DNA from: an uncultured Holophagales bacterium
Lineage (GTDB): Bacteria; Acidobacteriota; Thermoanaerobaculia; Multivoradales; UBA5704
Reading direction: 5' to 3'
Assembly: GCA_963844885.1 (NCBI GenBank)
Contig: CAWJQA010000001.1
Span: forward strand, 68,575-132,574
DNA: 64,000 bases
Shown here piece by piece: positions 21,681-32,218 of this stretch. A program made the position numbers and the translations under genes. Numbering within the stretch: position 1 is the first letter of the stretch; each line of letters opens with the position of its first letter. The notes below the pieces were generated by a model. The model saw only the letters and a program-made list of their open reading frames with translations, did no database searches and had not been told where the DNA came from.

Positions 21681-22267
21681 GCGCCATGCAACAGGTCGTC
21701 GATTTCATTCTGGAGCTGGACAAGCTCAAGGGCGTGACCCGCAAGACGCGCCCGCTGGGTCTCGACCGGCAGGAGAATTCCGCCGAGCACAGTTGGCAGA
21801 TCGCCCTGCTGGCGGTCTCCCTGGCGCAGTATGCCGAGACGGAGATCGACATCAACCGGGTGATCGCGATGCTGCTGGTTCATGACATCGGCGAGATCGA
21901 TACCGGGGACACCATGGTGTACGTCCAGGACGGCTGGCCGGAGCGCAAGGCGGCCGAGCGGGCGGCGGTGACGCGGATCTTCGGGATGCTGCCGGAGGCG
22001 CAAGGCGCGCAGCTCCTCGCGCTGTGGGAGGAGTTCGAGGACGCGGAAACCCCCGAAGCCCGATTTGCCCACGCCGCGGACCGGGCGATGCCGGTCATGC
22101 TCAACCTGGCCAACGAAGGACAGAGCTGGCTGGAGAACGGCATCAGCCATGAGCGAGTGATAGGCCGCGTCGGTCCGCCGATCAAGGCCGGCTGTCCAGC
22201 CCTGTGGGACTATCTGGAAGCCCGCCTCGAAGCCGAGCGTCAGAAGGGCTGGTTCGGCGCGGAATGA
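21677..22267 (+). CDS. HD-domain phosphohydrolase
   Basis: ENSAEHSW, LLVHDIGEIDTGD, LWEEFE, FAHAADR. Confidence 0.92.
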   Translation: MSAMQQVVDFILELDKLKGVTRKTRPLGLDRQENSAEHSWQIALLAVSLAQYAETEIDINRVIAMLLVHDIGEIDTGDTMVYVQDGWPERKAAERAAVTRIFGMLPEAQGAQLLALWEEFEDAETPEARFAHAADRAMPVMLNLANEGQSWLENGISHERVIGRVGPPIKAGCPALWDYLEARLEAERQKGWFGAE

Positions 22268-22268
22268 G

Positions 22269-22341
22269 ATGGGTTTCCAGGTCGAAGGGTTCGGGGTCCA
22301 GGTGGCCGACGACAAGGTCACGCTCACCGGCACCCCCCGCA
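22269..22341 (+). pseudogene. Diverged fragment of a BON domain
   Basis: MGFQVEGFGVQVADDKVTLTGTPR matches MGLHVEGLAVHVAGDKVTLTGTPR at 21112-21184. Confidence 0.7.
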
Positions 22342-22363
22342 GCCCGGCGGGCCGATCTTATGC

Positions 22364-23020
22364 TCAGGCCTGCCTGCGTGCCGCCGCCCGCCTCGCCGAG
22401 AGAACGGCTTCGACCACCAGCGGCTTCAGCGCCGGCCACAGGTTGTCCCAGGATGGGAACATCCACTGCGCGAACCAGGGTGGTGATTCCGCGAACTTCT
22501 CGTAGACAGGCCGGATGAGGGTCGCGAGCTCCTCGGCGCGCTGCGGCGCCGGAGAGAGGCCGGTGGCCGACGGAGGCGTCGTGGTTGGAGTCGTGGACGG
22601 CGTTGTCGTCGGGGTCGTGGTCGGAGTCGTGGTCGGCGTGGTGCCCGCGTCGGGGTCCGGCTCCTTGCCGGCGAAGATCCGTTGACCTCTCTCCGGCCCC
22701 CATTTGTTGATCAGGTTATAGAGGCGGAGCGTTTCCGCGTCCCAATTGGGGTCGGGGCCGGTGTCCGTGAGCTTTCTCGCCCTCCAGATGTTTGCGCCGC
22801 CCTGGTTCCAGGAATCCTGGACCTCCAGCCAGGTGGGCTCGCGGCCGAGGATGATCCGCAGGGCGGCCTGGTGGTCGGTCTGGTGCATGAAGCCGTGCTG
22901 GCCGAAGTTCTTGCCCCAGCGCTGCTCTCCCAGCTCGACGATGTTCTCGACTCCGCCGAAGTCCTGCTCCCCATAGATCGCCTGTCCGCGCCGGATGAAT
23001 TCTTCCATCGTGATTCTCAT
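22364..23020 (-). CDS. Hypothetical two-domain protein with a (TTTP)n linker
   Basis: AGGAGG upstream, good codon bias, Thr/Pro 12-bp repeats at about 22575-22645. Confidence 0.7.
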   Translation of the reverse strand: MRITMEEFIRRGQAIYGEQDFGGVENIVELGEQRWGKNFGQHGFMHQTDHQAALRIILGREPTWLEVQDSWNQGGANIWRARKLTDTGPDPNWDAETLRLYNLINKWGPERGQRIFAGKEPDPDAGTTPTTTPTTTPTTTPSTTPTTTPPSATGLSPAPQRAEELATLIRPVYEKFAESPPWFAQWMFPSWDNLWPALKPLVVEAVLSARRAAARRQA

Positions 23021-23146
23021 GCGTCGAAGATCCTCCTGGTTGCGAAGATTATAGAGGAAGGCGCGGGGTTATGGCGGGCGGATAGCCTGGCCCCCGCTTT
23101 CGGGACATAATCCAGGCAAACGCAGCAAATGAGGAAGGGAGTTCTT

Positions 23147-23746
23147 ATGTCCTCGATCGTCGACATGTTGTCTTCGCAGCTTGGCCCTGAAACCGTCCAG
23201 ACGGTGAGCCGGCAACTCGGGGTGGACCCGGCCACCGCCCGGCAGGCGATTGCCGCGGCGTTGCCGATGCTGACCGGCGGGCTCGCCCGGAATGCCGCGC
23301 GCCCGGGCGGGGCGGCGGCGATCCATCAGGCGGTGACCCGCGACCACGACGGCAGCCTCCTCGACGACGTGGCGGGATTCCTGGGCCAGGGCCAGACCGG
23401 CATGGGAGCCGCGATTCTCGGCCACGTGTTCGGCGGCAACCAGGGCAACGCCGCGGCCGGGCTCTCACAGGCCACCGGGCTCGACGCCGGCAAGGCGGGC
23501 CAGCTTCTCATGATGCTGGCTCCGCTGGTCATGGCGGCCCTCGGAAAGCACGCCAATCAGCAGGGGCTGGATCCCGGCGGCCTGGCCAGCGTGCTCCAGT
23601 CGTCGCACGCCCAGGCGCAGGCGCAGGCCCCTTCGGGGCTCGGCGGCATCCTGAGCGGCCTGCTCGACCAGGACCACGACGGCAACGTCATGGACGACGT
23701 CGCCCGCCTGGGCGGCGGCCTGCTGGGCGATCTCTTCAAGGGCTGA
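23147..23746 (+). CDS. DUF937-like protein
   Basis: ALPMLTGGLARNA, DHDGSLLDDV, ILGHVFG, LAPLVMAALG, LDQDHDGNVMDD. Confidence 0.85.
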   Translation: MSSIVDMLSSQLGPETVQTVSRQLGVDPATARQAIAAALPMLTGGLARNAARPGGAAAIHQAVTRDHDGSLLDDVAGFLGQGQTGMGAAILGHVFGGNQGNAAAGLSQATGLDAGKAGQLLMMLAPLVMAALGKHANQQGLDPGGLASVLQSSHAQAQAQAPSGLGGILSGLLDQDHDGNVMDDVARLGGGLLGDLFKG

Positions 23747-23798
23747 AAAAGCCGGCCTGGGCGCCGGCCGTGCGGCCGGCACCCAGGGGGTGGATGCA

Positions 23799-26482
23799 TC
23801 AGGGCTGGTAGGTGACCGTGAGCTGCGGCTTGTTGCTCGTGGTCGCGTTCTCACCGGCGTAGAAGCCGATGTAGTCGTAGCCGAGGTCGTCGTTGTCGTC
23901 GAGGGTGAAGGTCAACCGGAGCTGCGTGGTGCCGGTCTTGTTGATCGCCGCGAGACCGGCCGCGTTCAGGTTGCCGGTCGAGGCCGAGCCGTTGGCGGTG
24001 GGATTCGACATCGTGGTGACGCTGGTCGCGGTGGCCGCGGCCTCCCAGTCGGAGAAGGCGAAGGCGGTCGAGCCGCCGAAGCCGCCGGTGACGATGTCGG
24101 CCACGCAGGAGCCGTGAGTGGTGAAGGGGTTGGTGCCGGAGGAGGTGCCGCGCACCAGGCGCAGGGTCGCCGAGGTGATCGTCGCCGTGTCCGGGATCGA
24201 GGACGTGTCGAAGGAGACGAGGCTCTTGTACTGTTCGTCGACGTTGGTGTCGCCGACCCGCAGAGCCGAGGTGGTGTTGTCGGTCGAGTTGCCGCCGCCG
24301 CCGACGTTGGAGGTCTCGCCGACCTCCCAGAGGCGGCCGTCCTCCGCCGCGACCGAGTAGAGGGTCACGGTCACCGGAGGCGGGGGCGCCACGGCGGTCA
24401 CGGTGACCGGGATTTCATTCGAAATCAGGGCCGAGCCGCAGCCGGGCGTGGTCCGCTCCACCAGGAAGTAGCTGCCGGTGGCGGGGAAGTCCGCGCAGTT
24501 GAGCACGTAGCTCGTGCCGGTCGCGCTGGAGATGTTGGTGATGGTGCCGCCCGAGGTGGTGCGGTAGCCCCACTGATGGCTGCTGACGCCGCCGCCGGTG
24601 TCCGTCACCGTGCCGGTGCCGCCGAGGCAGGGGCTGCCGATCGTCGTGCTGCCGGCGACGGCGATCGTGACGTTCGAGAGCGGCGAAGCCATGCTCACGG
24701 TCGCGCTGCCGGCGGCGGGCTGGTTGCACGTGCTGTTCGACACACTGGTCACGGTATAGGTGGTGGTGCTGGTGGGCGACACGGAGCGCGTGGCCGGAGT
24801 GGCGGAGACGCCGCTCTGGACGAAACCGTCCGACCAGGTCAGCGTCCACGGGCCGGTGCCGAGGAGATCGACGGTGAGCGTGGCCGGGCTGCCCGAGCAG
24901 ACGGAAGTCGTCCCCGAGACCTTGCCCGGGATCGCGCAGCCGACGTCGAGCCGGCCGTAGCCGTAGACGTTGTTGGGGACGGCTCCGGCGGCGCTGCCGC
25001 AGGTGGTGCTGGTGAGCGTGATGTGCTTGGCGGACGAGGTGAGGCGGGACTCGATCGCGTCCGGGTTGCCGATGAGCGAGGGGAACGCGGACAGCAGGAG
25101 CGCGACGCCGCCGACCACGTGCGGTCCGGCCATCGAAGTGCCGGAGAGCGAGCTGTAGGTGGTGTCGCTGGTGTTGTAGGACGAGCGGGTGCTGGTGCCG
25201 GGGGCCATGATGTCGGGCTTGATCCGGTTGCTGCCGTCGACCGTCACCGGGCCGCGGCTGCTGAAGCTGGCGATGGTGTCGGCGCCGGTGTTGAGCGCGC
25301 CGGCGCTGAACGACGCGGCGTAGATGGCCGGCGGATCGATGACGGTGCCGCAGGCGGACCCCGCGTTGCCGGCCGAGACCGCCATGAAGATGCCGGCGGC
25401 GCGCTGGTTGTACACCGCGTCAGCAGGATGTTCGGCGTCGGTGCAGCCCTCGCTCGTCGGGCAGCCCCAGGAGTTGTTGATGACGTCGGGGCCTAGCTCG
25501 GGTCGCCCTGGGCTGGTGTTGCCGCCGATCGGGTAGGGCGCGAGGAAGAACTCGCAAGCACTCGATGTAGGTGGCGGGGGTGCCGTCGCCCTGCGTTCAT
25601 GTTGCGGCAGCCGATCCACTCGCGCCCGGCGCCATGCCGATCTGGTTGGCGCCGCCGTCGTCGCCGACCATGGTGCCCATGGTGTGGGTGCCGTGGCCGT
25701 AGTCGTCGCACGGCGTGGGGAGTCGGCGCCGCACGGGCCGCTGCCGGAGTGGATGGCGTCGTGCCAGTTGTAGTTGTGGTCGGCGGTGGCGCCGTTCCAG
25801 CCGCGGTAGTGGTTCTTGAGCGCGGGATGGGTCCAGCGGTAGCCGGTGTCGGCGGCCGCCGACGACCACGCCCTGGCCGGTGTAGCCGAGAGCCCAGACC
25901 GACGGCGCGCGCACGTAGCTGATGCCGGGCTCGACGGACGTGATGGCCTTGCCGGTGAGCACCTCCGGCCACTCGGGATTGAACTCCAGCGGTTCCGCCT
26001 CCTGTGGCTCGGGCAGGGTCTGGCGCATCACGGGGTTGCCGTCGATCCGCTTCACGTCCGGCCGTGCCGCGAGCTTGAACGCCAGGCTGCGGTCGCCTTT
26101 GACCAGGATCGCGTTGACGAGGTAGAACGAGCGGTACTCGACGCCGCGGGCGTCGAGCTCGGCACGGATCGCCTTCTGCGACTCCTCGGCGGTCCGGTAC
26201 AGGGTCTGGTAGACGAACTGGCCCTTGCTCAGCTTGGTCTTGAGCTGCGCGGCGCCCGCGAGGTTCGCCTGCTTCGACATCACGACGAAGAACTCCGCCT
26301 GGGCGCCGCGCGCGGGTGTTCTCGATCACCCAGGGGTGGATCTTCGCCATCACGGCCTGAGCATCTTGCGGGGCTTGCGCCTGCGCACCGGCTCCCGACA
26401 ACAGGACTCCGGCGATCCCGGCGACGATGGCCACCCTCAGCAAGCGTGAGGGCTTCAACCTGGTGAAACGGACAGTTTTCAT
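23799..26482 (-). CDS. Secreted S8 (subtilisin-like) serine protease with Ig-like and C-terminal carbohydrate-binding-like domains; frameshifted in this assembly
   Basis: HGTHTMGT, DVINNSWG, SAGNAG, FSSRGP, KPDIMAPG and SGTSMAGPHV spread over three ORFs (25493..26512, 25597..26283, 23799..25619). Confidence 0.88.
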
Positions 26483-26599
26483 GATACCTCTCCTTTTATG
26501 TATGCATCGCATTCACGGCAGACAGCCTGATGGAGCGAGCTTCACTTAGAAGAGTGCGCGAGAGGGCGTCAAGCGAGCCTTGCGGTATGCTTCGCCCCG

Positions 26600-27380
26600 T
26601 TGAGCACCGCCTTCGACCGCCTCGCGGCAGACTACGACGCCGGATTCACCCGGACCGGCCTCGGAACGCGCCTGCGCCGCGCCGTCTGGAACCGCCTGGA
26701 CGCCGTCTTCTCCCCGGGCGGCCGGGTGCTCGAGCTGGCGTGCGGCACCGGGGAGGACGCCGTCCATCTGGGTGAGCGAGGGGTGAGGGTGGTGGCGACC
26801 GACGCCTCGGCCGAGATGGTCCAGGTGGCCCGTGCCAAAGTGGAGCGCGCCGGGCTCGGTGGGATGGTCGACGTCCGGGCAGCTCGCGTTGGAGGATCTA
26901 GACGAGCTGGACGGGTTGGACGAGCCGCCTTTCGACGGCGTTCTGTCCGACTTCGGCGGCCTCAACTGCGTGGCGGACCTCCCCTCGTTCGGCCGGGCGC
27001 TCGCGGTCCGGATGCGGCCCGGGGCCGTGGCCGTCCTCTGCGTCATGGGTCCCCTGGTGCCGTGGGAGTGGATCTGGTTTCTCGGCCACGGCCAGCCGGG
27101 CAAGGCGTTCCGAAGGCTCCGGCCGGGCGGCGTGGAATGGCGGGGTCTGCGGGTTCGCTATCCCTCCATCCGGACGCTGCGGAAGGCGCTCGCGCCCGCC
27201 TTCCGGCCGCGGCGGGTCGCCGCGCTCGGCGTGCTGCTGCCGCCACCGTATGCGGAGAGCTGGGCGGACCGGCACCCGGATCTGGTCGCCCGTCTCGACG
27301 GCTGGGAAAGGCGCTTGGAGACGGTGTCGCCGCTCCCCTGGCTCGCCGATCACTACCTGATGGAACTGGAGCGGGTTTGA
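26600..27380 (+). CDS. Class I SAM-dependent methyltransferase (one frameshift near 26878)
   Basis: VLELACGTGEDA, ATDASAEM in one frame; FDGVLSDFGGLNC in the next. An extra G in CCGGGCAG explains the shift. Confidence 0.85.
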
Positions 27381-28297
27381 GCGCCTGGGAGCTGGCCTGC
27401 CCGGTCTGCCGGACGACGCTCGGCTCGAGCACCTGTCCTGGCTGCGGCCGGACCTGGCCCCGGATCGACGGGATCTGGCGCTTTCTGCCACCGGAGCGGG
27501 AGACGGTCTACGCGCCGTTCCTCCGCGACTACACCCGCATCCGCCACGCCGAGGGGAGGGGATCGGACGATCCGGAGCATTATCTCCGCCTGCCGGACTG
27601 CGATCCCGAGCATCCGATCGCCTGGCAGTGGAGGATGCGCCGCCGCACCTGGGAGACGTTCCGGTGCCGCGTCCTGCCCCGGCTCGGTCCGAAGATCCTC
27701 GACCTCGGCGCCGGGGTCGGCTGGCTGAGCCGCCATCTGGCCGAGGCCGGCCGGCAGCCCTGCGCCGTGGACGTCAGTGTGGATGATCGCGACGGCCTCG
27801 CCGCCGCCCGCCACTACGAGCCGGACTGGCCCCGCCTCCAGGCCGAGCTCGACCGCCTCCCGCTGGCCGGCGGCCAGGCCGACGCCGCGGTCTACAACGC
27901 CAGCCTGCACTACAGCCCGGACTACGCGGCCACCCTGCGCGAAGCCTTGAGAGTGTTGAAGCCGGGCGGCAGCCTGGTGATCCTGGAGTCGCCGATCTAC
28001 CGCAAGGAGGAGAGCGGCCGACGCATGGTGGCCGAGCGCCACGCCGATTTCGAGCGCCGCTTCGGCACCCGTTCCGACGCCCTGCCCAGCGTGGAATACC
28101 TCACCTGGGACCGGCTCGACACGCTGGCCCGGGAGCTGGGGCTGCGCTGGCGGCAAGTGCCCACCTGGTACGGCTGGCGCTGGGCGCTGCGGCCGTGGGT
28201 GGCGCGGCTCAAGCGCAAGCGCGAGCCGAGCCGGTTTGTGATCCTGGTGGGGGAGAGGATTACAAACTCTCCCGCTGCGGCTCCCGCAGCGGGATGA
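27377..28297 (+). CDS. Class I SAM-dependent methyltransferase with N-terminal Zn ribbon
   Basis: LACPVC...CPGC...IDGIWRFL (Trm112-like), ILDLGAGVGW, YNASLHYS, EALRVLKPGG; TTG start overlaps the previous stop. Confidence 0.85.
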   Translation: MSAWELACPVCRTTLGSSTCPGCGRTWPRIDGIWRFLPPERETVYAPFLRDYTRIRHAEGRGSDDPEHYLRLPDCDPEHPIAWQWRMRRRTWETFRCRVLPRLGPKILDLGAGVGWLSRHLAEAGRQPCAVDVSVDDRDGLAAARHYEPDWPRLQAELDRLPLAGGQADAAVYNASLHYSPDYAATLREALRVLKPGGSLVILESPIYRKEESGRRMVAERHADFERRFGTRSDALPSVEYLTWDRLDTLARELGLRWRQVPTWYGWRWALRPWVARLKRKREPSRFVILVGERITNSPAAAPAAG

Positions 28298-29750
28298 CCT
28301 TCCGCGCCATCTCCAGCTCCCAGGGGTTCTCCCAGCGGCCGGTGGACCAGCGCCAGCCGGCGAGAGCGCGTAGCGCGGCCTTGCCCCAGGCGGGCGTGGA
28401 CCAGTCCTGGGCCGTGGGGAAGCGGCAGGTCAGCACCCTGGCGAAGCCCTGGACCCGGCTGCGGATCTTCGGGGTGAGCCAGGGCGCGTCCTGGTGGCAG
28501 ACGTAGGAGATCCATTGCGGCTCGGTCCACTCTTCGGGCGTGCTGGGCAGCTCCGGGCCTTCCGGGCCGTAGCGTTTCAGGACCGGCAGGCGGTCTCCCG
28601 CCTGGACCCGCGCCGGATCGCGCTGCGGCGTCGGGCTGTAGAAATAGAGGATTGCCTCCGCCGCGGGGTGGATCTTCTTGACCTCCCGCACCAGGCGGAG
28701 CGTCTTCTCGACCTCGCCTTCGGGATCTTCCGGACCGCCGAGGACGAAGGAGAGCTCCGGGATGACTCCGTGCTCGCGGCAGCGGCGGACCATCTCGAAA
28801 GTATGCTCGACGCTCGTCCCCTTCTTCATCCGCTTGAGAACCTCGTCGCTGGCGGCCTCGGCGCCGACGTAGACCATCGCGAGGCCGCTCCGGCGGATCA
28901 GCTCCCAGGTCGAGGCCGAAAACCCGGCCAGCGTGTCGGTGCGGGCGTAGCACCAGAAGCGCAGGCCGGACTTCGCCATCACCTCCAGCGCCGGGATGCT
29001 CGTCTCTTCGCGGTCGAAGAAATTGTGATCGTAAAGCTGCACCGAGTCTGCGCCGTAGCCGCGCAGCGTGGAGAGCGCCGCTTCCAGCCGCGCCTCGCCC
29101 TGGAGCCGGGTCAGACCGTTGAACATCGACACCACGCCGCAGAAGGTGCAGCGGTAGCGGCAGCCGATCGCCGCCTGGTGGACCGCGGTCCGCCTCCCCA
29201 GAAAGCTCGGACGGAGATAGCCGCCCACGTCCCCGGCCCGCTCATAGGGGAAGGGAGGGTACTCGTCCGGCGGCCGGAAGTGGCGCTCGGGGTTGTGGAC
29301 GATCGTCGTGATCGCAGCGGTGTCCTTCCAGGTCAACCCCTGGATCTCTCCGGGAGGCCGGCCGGCCAGCAGCTCCAGGAGCGTGTCCTCGCCCTGGCCG
29401 CGGACCACGAAATCCACATAGGGAGCGTTGACGGCCGCGTCCGGATAGAGGGTCGGGAAGTAGCCGCCCCAGGCGATGGGCACCTCGGGATGCGCGGCGC
29501 GGACGGCGGAGGAGATCGCAATGGCCGGCGCCACCTGCGGCCCCGGCATGACCGTCACCCCGAGCAGAGCGCAGGGTCCTTCGGCGAGGAGCCCCAGGAT
29601 CGTGTCCACAGGATCGGGATCGACGTTGCCGTCCACGATCCAGTACTCGTAGCGGTCCTCCAGCACCGCCCCGAGGGCGAGCAGGGAGAGCGGGAGTCGG
29701 ACGCTCCGGGGGGAGCACATCTTCGGATTGACCAGGATGACGCGCCGCAC
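28260..29750 (-). CDS. Cobalamin-binding radical SAM enzyme
   Basis: WGGYFPT, VVRGQGE, GCRYRCTFC, VYVGAE. Confidence 0.92.
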   Translation of the reverse strand: MRRVILVNPKMCSPRSVRLPLSLLALGAVLEDRYEYWIVDGNVDPDPVDTILGLLAEGPCALLGVTVMPGPQVAPAIAISSAVRAAHPEVPIAWGGYFPTLYPDAAVNAPYVDFVVRGQGEDTLLELLAGRPPGEIQGLTWKDTAAITTIVHNPERHFRPPDEYPPFPYERAGDVGGYLRPSFLGRRTAVHQAAIGCRYRCTFCGVVSMFNGLTRLQGEARLEAALSTLRGYGADSVQLYDHNFFDREETSIPALEVMAKSGLRFWCYARTDTLAGFSASTWELIRRSGLAMVYVGAEAASDEVLKRMKKGTSVEHTFEMVRRCREHGVIPELSFVLGGPEDPEGEVEKTLRLVREVKKIHPAAEAILYFYSPTPQRDPARVQAGDRLPVLKRYGPEGPELPSTPEEWTEPQWISYVCHQDAPWLTPKIRSRVQGFARVLTCRFPTAQDWSTPAWGKAALRALAGWRWSTGRWENPWELEMARKVIPLREPQRESL

Positions 29751-29759
29751 GGCGCCATC

Positions 29760-30317
29760 CTAACCCGTTCCGAGCTGCCGGATCACGGTCCGCAGCTCCT
29801 GCTCCAGGGCCGGCAGGCGCTCGCCGCAGTCCGCGAGCCGGTCTTCCCCCGCCAGAACCTCCAGGTCGCGCGCCTTCTCGGCCAGCCCGGCGGCGCCGAG
29901 GAGACCGGCGCTCCCGACGAGGGCATGGGCGGCGGTCGCCAGGCGAGCCCCGTCGGCCGTGTCCAGAGAGCTCCGGATCGTCTCCAGGGCCTGCTGGCCG
30001 CGGCTGACGAAGGACGCCGTCACCTCTTCCACGATCTTCCTGCCGGAGACCTCCTCCAGGCGCCTGAGAGAGGCGAGCCTGGCCGCGACGTCCTCGCTGC
30101 CGTCGGCCTGTGCCGTGGCCGCCGCGGCCGGAGCGCCGATCCCGAGCCAGCGGTCGAGCGTCCCGGCCAGATCCGCGCTGCGGAAGGGCTTGCTCAGGTA
30201 GTCGTCCATGCCGGCGGCCAGGCACTTCTCCCGGTCTCCGGGCGCATTGAGGGCCGCCGCGCCACTCGCCACGGTCTCACCGCTGTAGCCGAGATCCTGG
30301 AGGAGGGCGAGAGCCAC
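29760..30317 (-). pseudogene. Internally deleted receiver domain fused to an Hpt domain
   Basis: PVNLAVALALLQDLGY...GAAAL joined directly to NAPGDREKCLAAGMDDYLSKPF; Hpt motif AHALVGSAGLLGA. Confidence 0.65.
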
Positions 30318-30685
30318 GGCCAGGTTGACCGGACTTCAGCGCACCCTGGGTGAGCAGGGCGTATGCTACCGCCAGACCTGCCATCTTCGGCAGGTCCGAC
30401 CAGCGATAGGGAAGGGCCGCCGTCGAGACCATCGTATTCCTGGACCGGAAAAGAGGGCCTCATTGTAATGCATGGGCGGCTACTCCTTCCGGACCTCGTA
30501 GATCGTCAAAACCTGAAACGCCGAGCACCTGTTCCCGGGGCCTGCTGAGGGTCGATCTAGCTGGAGTGAGCGAGCCCAGCCTTGACGAAAGGCAGGCCCG
30601 GAGGCAAGCTTCGTCGTGACGAGCACCCTCGAATTCGACGTCCGCGAAAACCGGAGATCTAATGGTTCTGAACCTTGCCAGGAAC

Positions 30686-31399
30686 ATGCACGTGCGCAGA
30701 TCTGTCTGGATTTTGTTTCCGGTCCTCGCCCTGCTCTCCGCGTGCAACCGCGAACCGGAGGCGGTGGCGACGATCGAAAAATACCGTCCCGCCGTGGAAG
30801 TGCGTCTTGCCTCCATCAAGCAGATCGGCCAGAAGCTCAAGACAACGCCGCCGCTCTCCAGCGACGGAGCGGTTCTCGACAGTGGTCCGCTCCAGTTGGG
30901 AGCAGGCATCGACCCACCGCTTCCAACGGACAATGCGATCCTGGAAACGGCGCCGCGCCTCAGCGGCGACCTCGGCGCTGATCCGGGCGACGGCGTCGGC
31001 ACGCGAGACCTGTGGTGGTGCGCCAAGCTGATCGGCGACAAATACTACGCCGAGAGAAGCAGCCCTGGCAACGCCGAGGCGTACCTGGGACATTGTGCCA
31101 ACGCAAAGTATTTGCTGGTCGTGCGCGTTATCGAGAACGTCTATCCGGAAGTGGAGGAAGGCCAGGGAACGTTCCGGCCCGGATCGATGGCGGGCGAAGT
31201 GCGCGTGTTCAACCTGGGATCCGGCAGGGATCTCGGAGGCTTTCGCTTCAGGGCAGAGAACAGCGAGTTGGTGACACACCGCGACGGCCAGGGACGCGAC
31301 TATACCGCGGTCGCCTCTGATCTCGCGTCCCAGGTTCGCAGCCAGATCAGCGCCGGCGTCGCAAAGTACCTGATGACGGCTGAACGCGCATCGGGTTGA
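30686..31399 (+). CDS. Hypothetical lipoprotein
   Basis: Basic N-terminus, hydrophobic stretch and LLSAC lipobox; start uncertain (30662 or 30686). Confidence 0.65.
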   Translation: MHVRRSVWILFPVLALLSACNREPEAVATIEKYRPAVEVRLASIKQIGQKLKTTPPLSSDGAVLDSGPLQLGAGIDPPLPTDNAILETAPRLSGDLGADPGDGVGTRDLWWCAKLIGDKYYAERSSPGNAEAYLGHCANAKYLLVVRVIENVYPEVEEGQGTFRPGSMAGEVRVFNLGSGRDLGGFRFRAENSELVTHRDGQGRDYTAVASDLASQVRSQISAGVAKYLMTAERASG

Positions 31400-31521
31400 A
31401 ACCCTGGCCGAGCGCGTTCGCAAACTGCCCGTGATGCTTATGGCAAGATCTTGACGGAGGAGCCGGACGGCGTGGGACCATGGCGGGAGGAGAGAGCCTC
31501 CCCGTAACGAGAGGAGAGAGC

Positions 31522-31914
31522 ATGGAGGTCTCGAGACGAGCCGAGGTCCCCTACCGGCAACTCTACCCCGACACCGATCCCGAGGCGGAGAGAGTCGAGT
31601 TGAGGCTCTACCGGCAGATGTCGCCTGCGAGAAAGTGGGAGCTGGTCGAAGACGCGATCCAGACCAGCCGGGAGCTTGTTCTGGCCGGGATCCGCTTGCG
31701 CCATCCGAATGTGGGCGAGGAGGAGATCCGGCGGCGTTTCACACGTGCTACAGTTCCTAGTCGTCTGTCACGCTTGAAAAGAAGGATCAATCCCTCCTCT
31801 CAGGGCACCCCTCGTGGGTGCCCTGAGAGGGCGGCCACAAGGGCCGCCCCTACAGAGGAACATGCCATTTCAAGGTTGACACCCTACTCAGGAGGGAACC
31901 ATGCCGGTGCTTGA
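31522..31914 (+). CDS. Small hypothetical protein, 3' end probably disrupted
   Basis: PDTDPEAERVELRLYRQMSPARKWEL...LAGIRLRHPN..EEEIRRR looks like a conserved small helical protein; the tail runs into AT-richer DNA and a REP. Confidence 0.5.
   Translation: MEVSRRAEVPYRQLYPDTDPEAERVELRLYRQMSPARKWELVEDAIQTSRELVLAGIRLRHPNVGEEEIRRRFTRATVPSRLSRLKRRINPSSQGTPRGCPERAATRAAPTEEHAISRLTPYSGGNHAGA
31801..31854. repeat. REP-like double palindrome
   Basis: CAGGGCACCCCTCGTGGGTGCCCTG then AGGGCGGCCACAAGGGCCGCCCCTACA; same family as 9787-9870. Confidence 0.65.
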
Positions 31915-32218
31915 GCTCTATCCGCCTCCTTCGAACAAGTTGGTTGTCGTGAGCGAGTCTCCGACCCGGGACCTGATCGTATCGACAGTGCAGGCGCAGT
32001 CGTGGAAGGACATCACGTTCGTCGTGCTTCGGCTCGACGAGGCGAACCGGTTCGAGATTTCGGGTAGTCTGGAAGAGGGTCTGAGCGCACTCTGCTCGGA
32101 GAACGGCCAGGAACGAGTGTCGGCGACCGGGCCCGCCTCGCTTGGGGAGGCGACGGACCTGCTGCTTTCGTACCTGGCCTCCGACGACCGGTGGCGGACG
32201 AGCATCGGCTGGGAGTGA
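31901..32218 (+). CDS. Hypothetical protein
   Basis: AGGAGGG SD, 105 aa open frame ending WRTSIGWE. Confidence 0.6.
   Translation: MPVLELYPPPSNKLVVVSESPTRDLIVSTVQAQSWKDITFVVLRLDEANRFEISGSLEEGLSALCSENGQERVSATGPASLGEATDLLLSYLASDDRWRTSIGWE

Noticed and set aside
25400-26330. S8 protease as a true pseudogene
   Set aside because: Clustered single-base indels with intact His and Ser catalytic motifs suggest sequencing error; the same applies to the single shift near 26878
26600-28297. Single 565-aa fused methyltransferase
   Set aside because: The frameshift joins two separate overlapping genes; the middle of this ORF is off-frame
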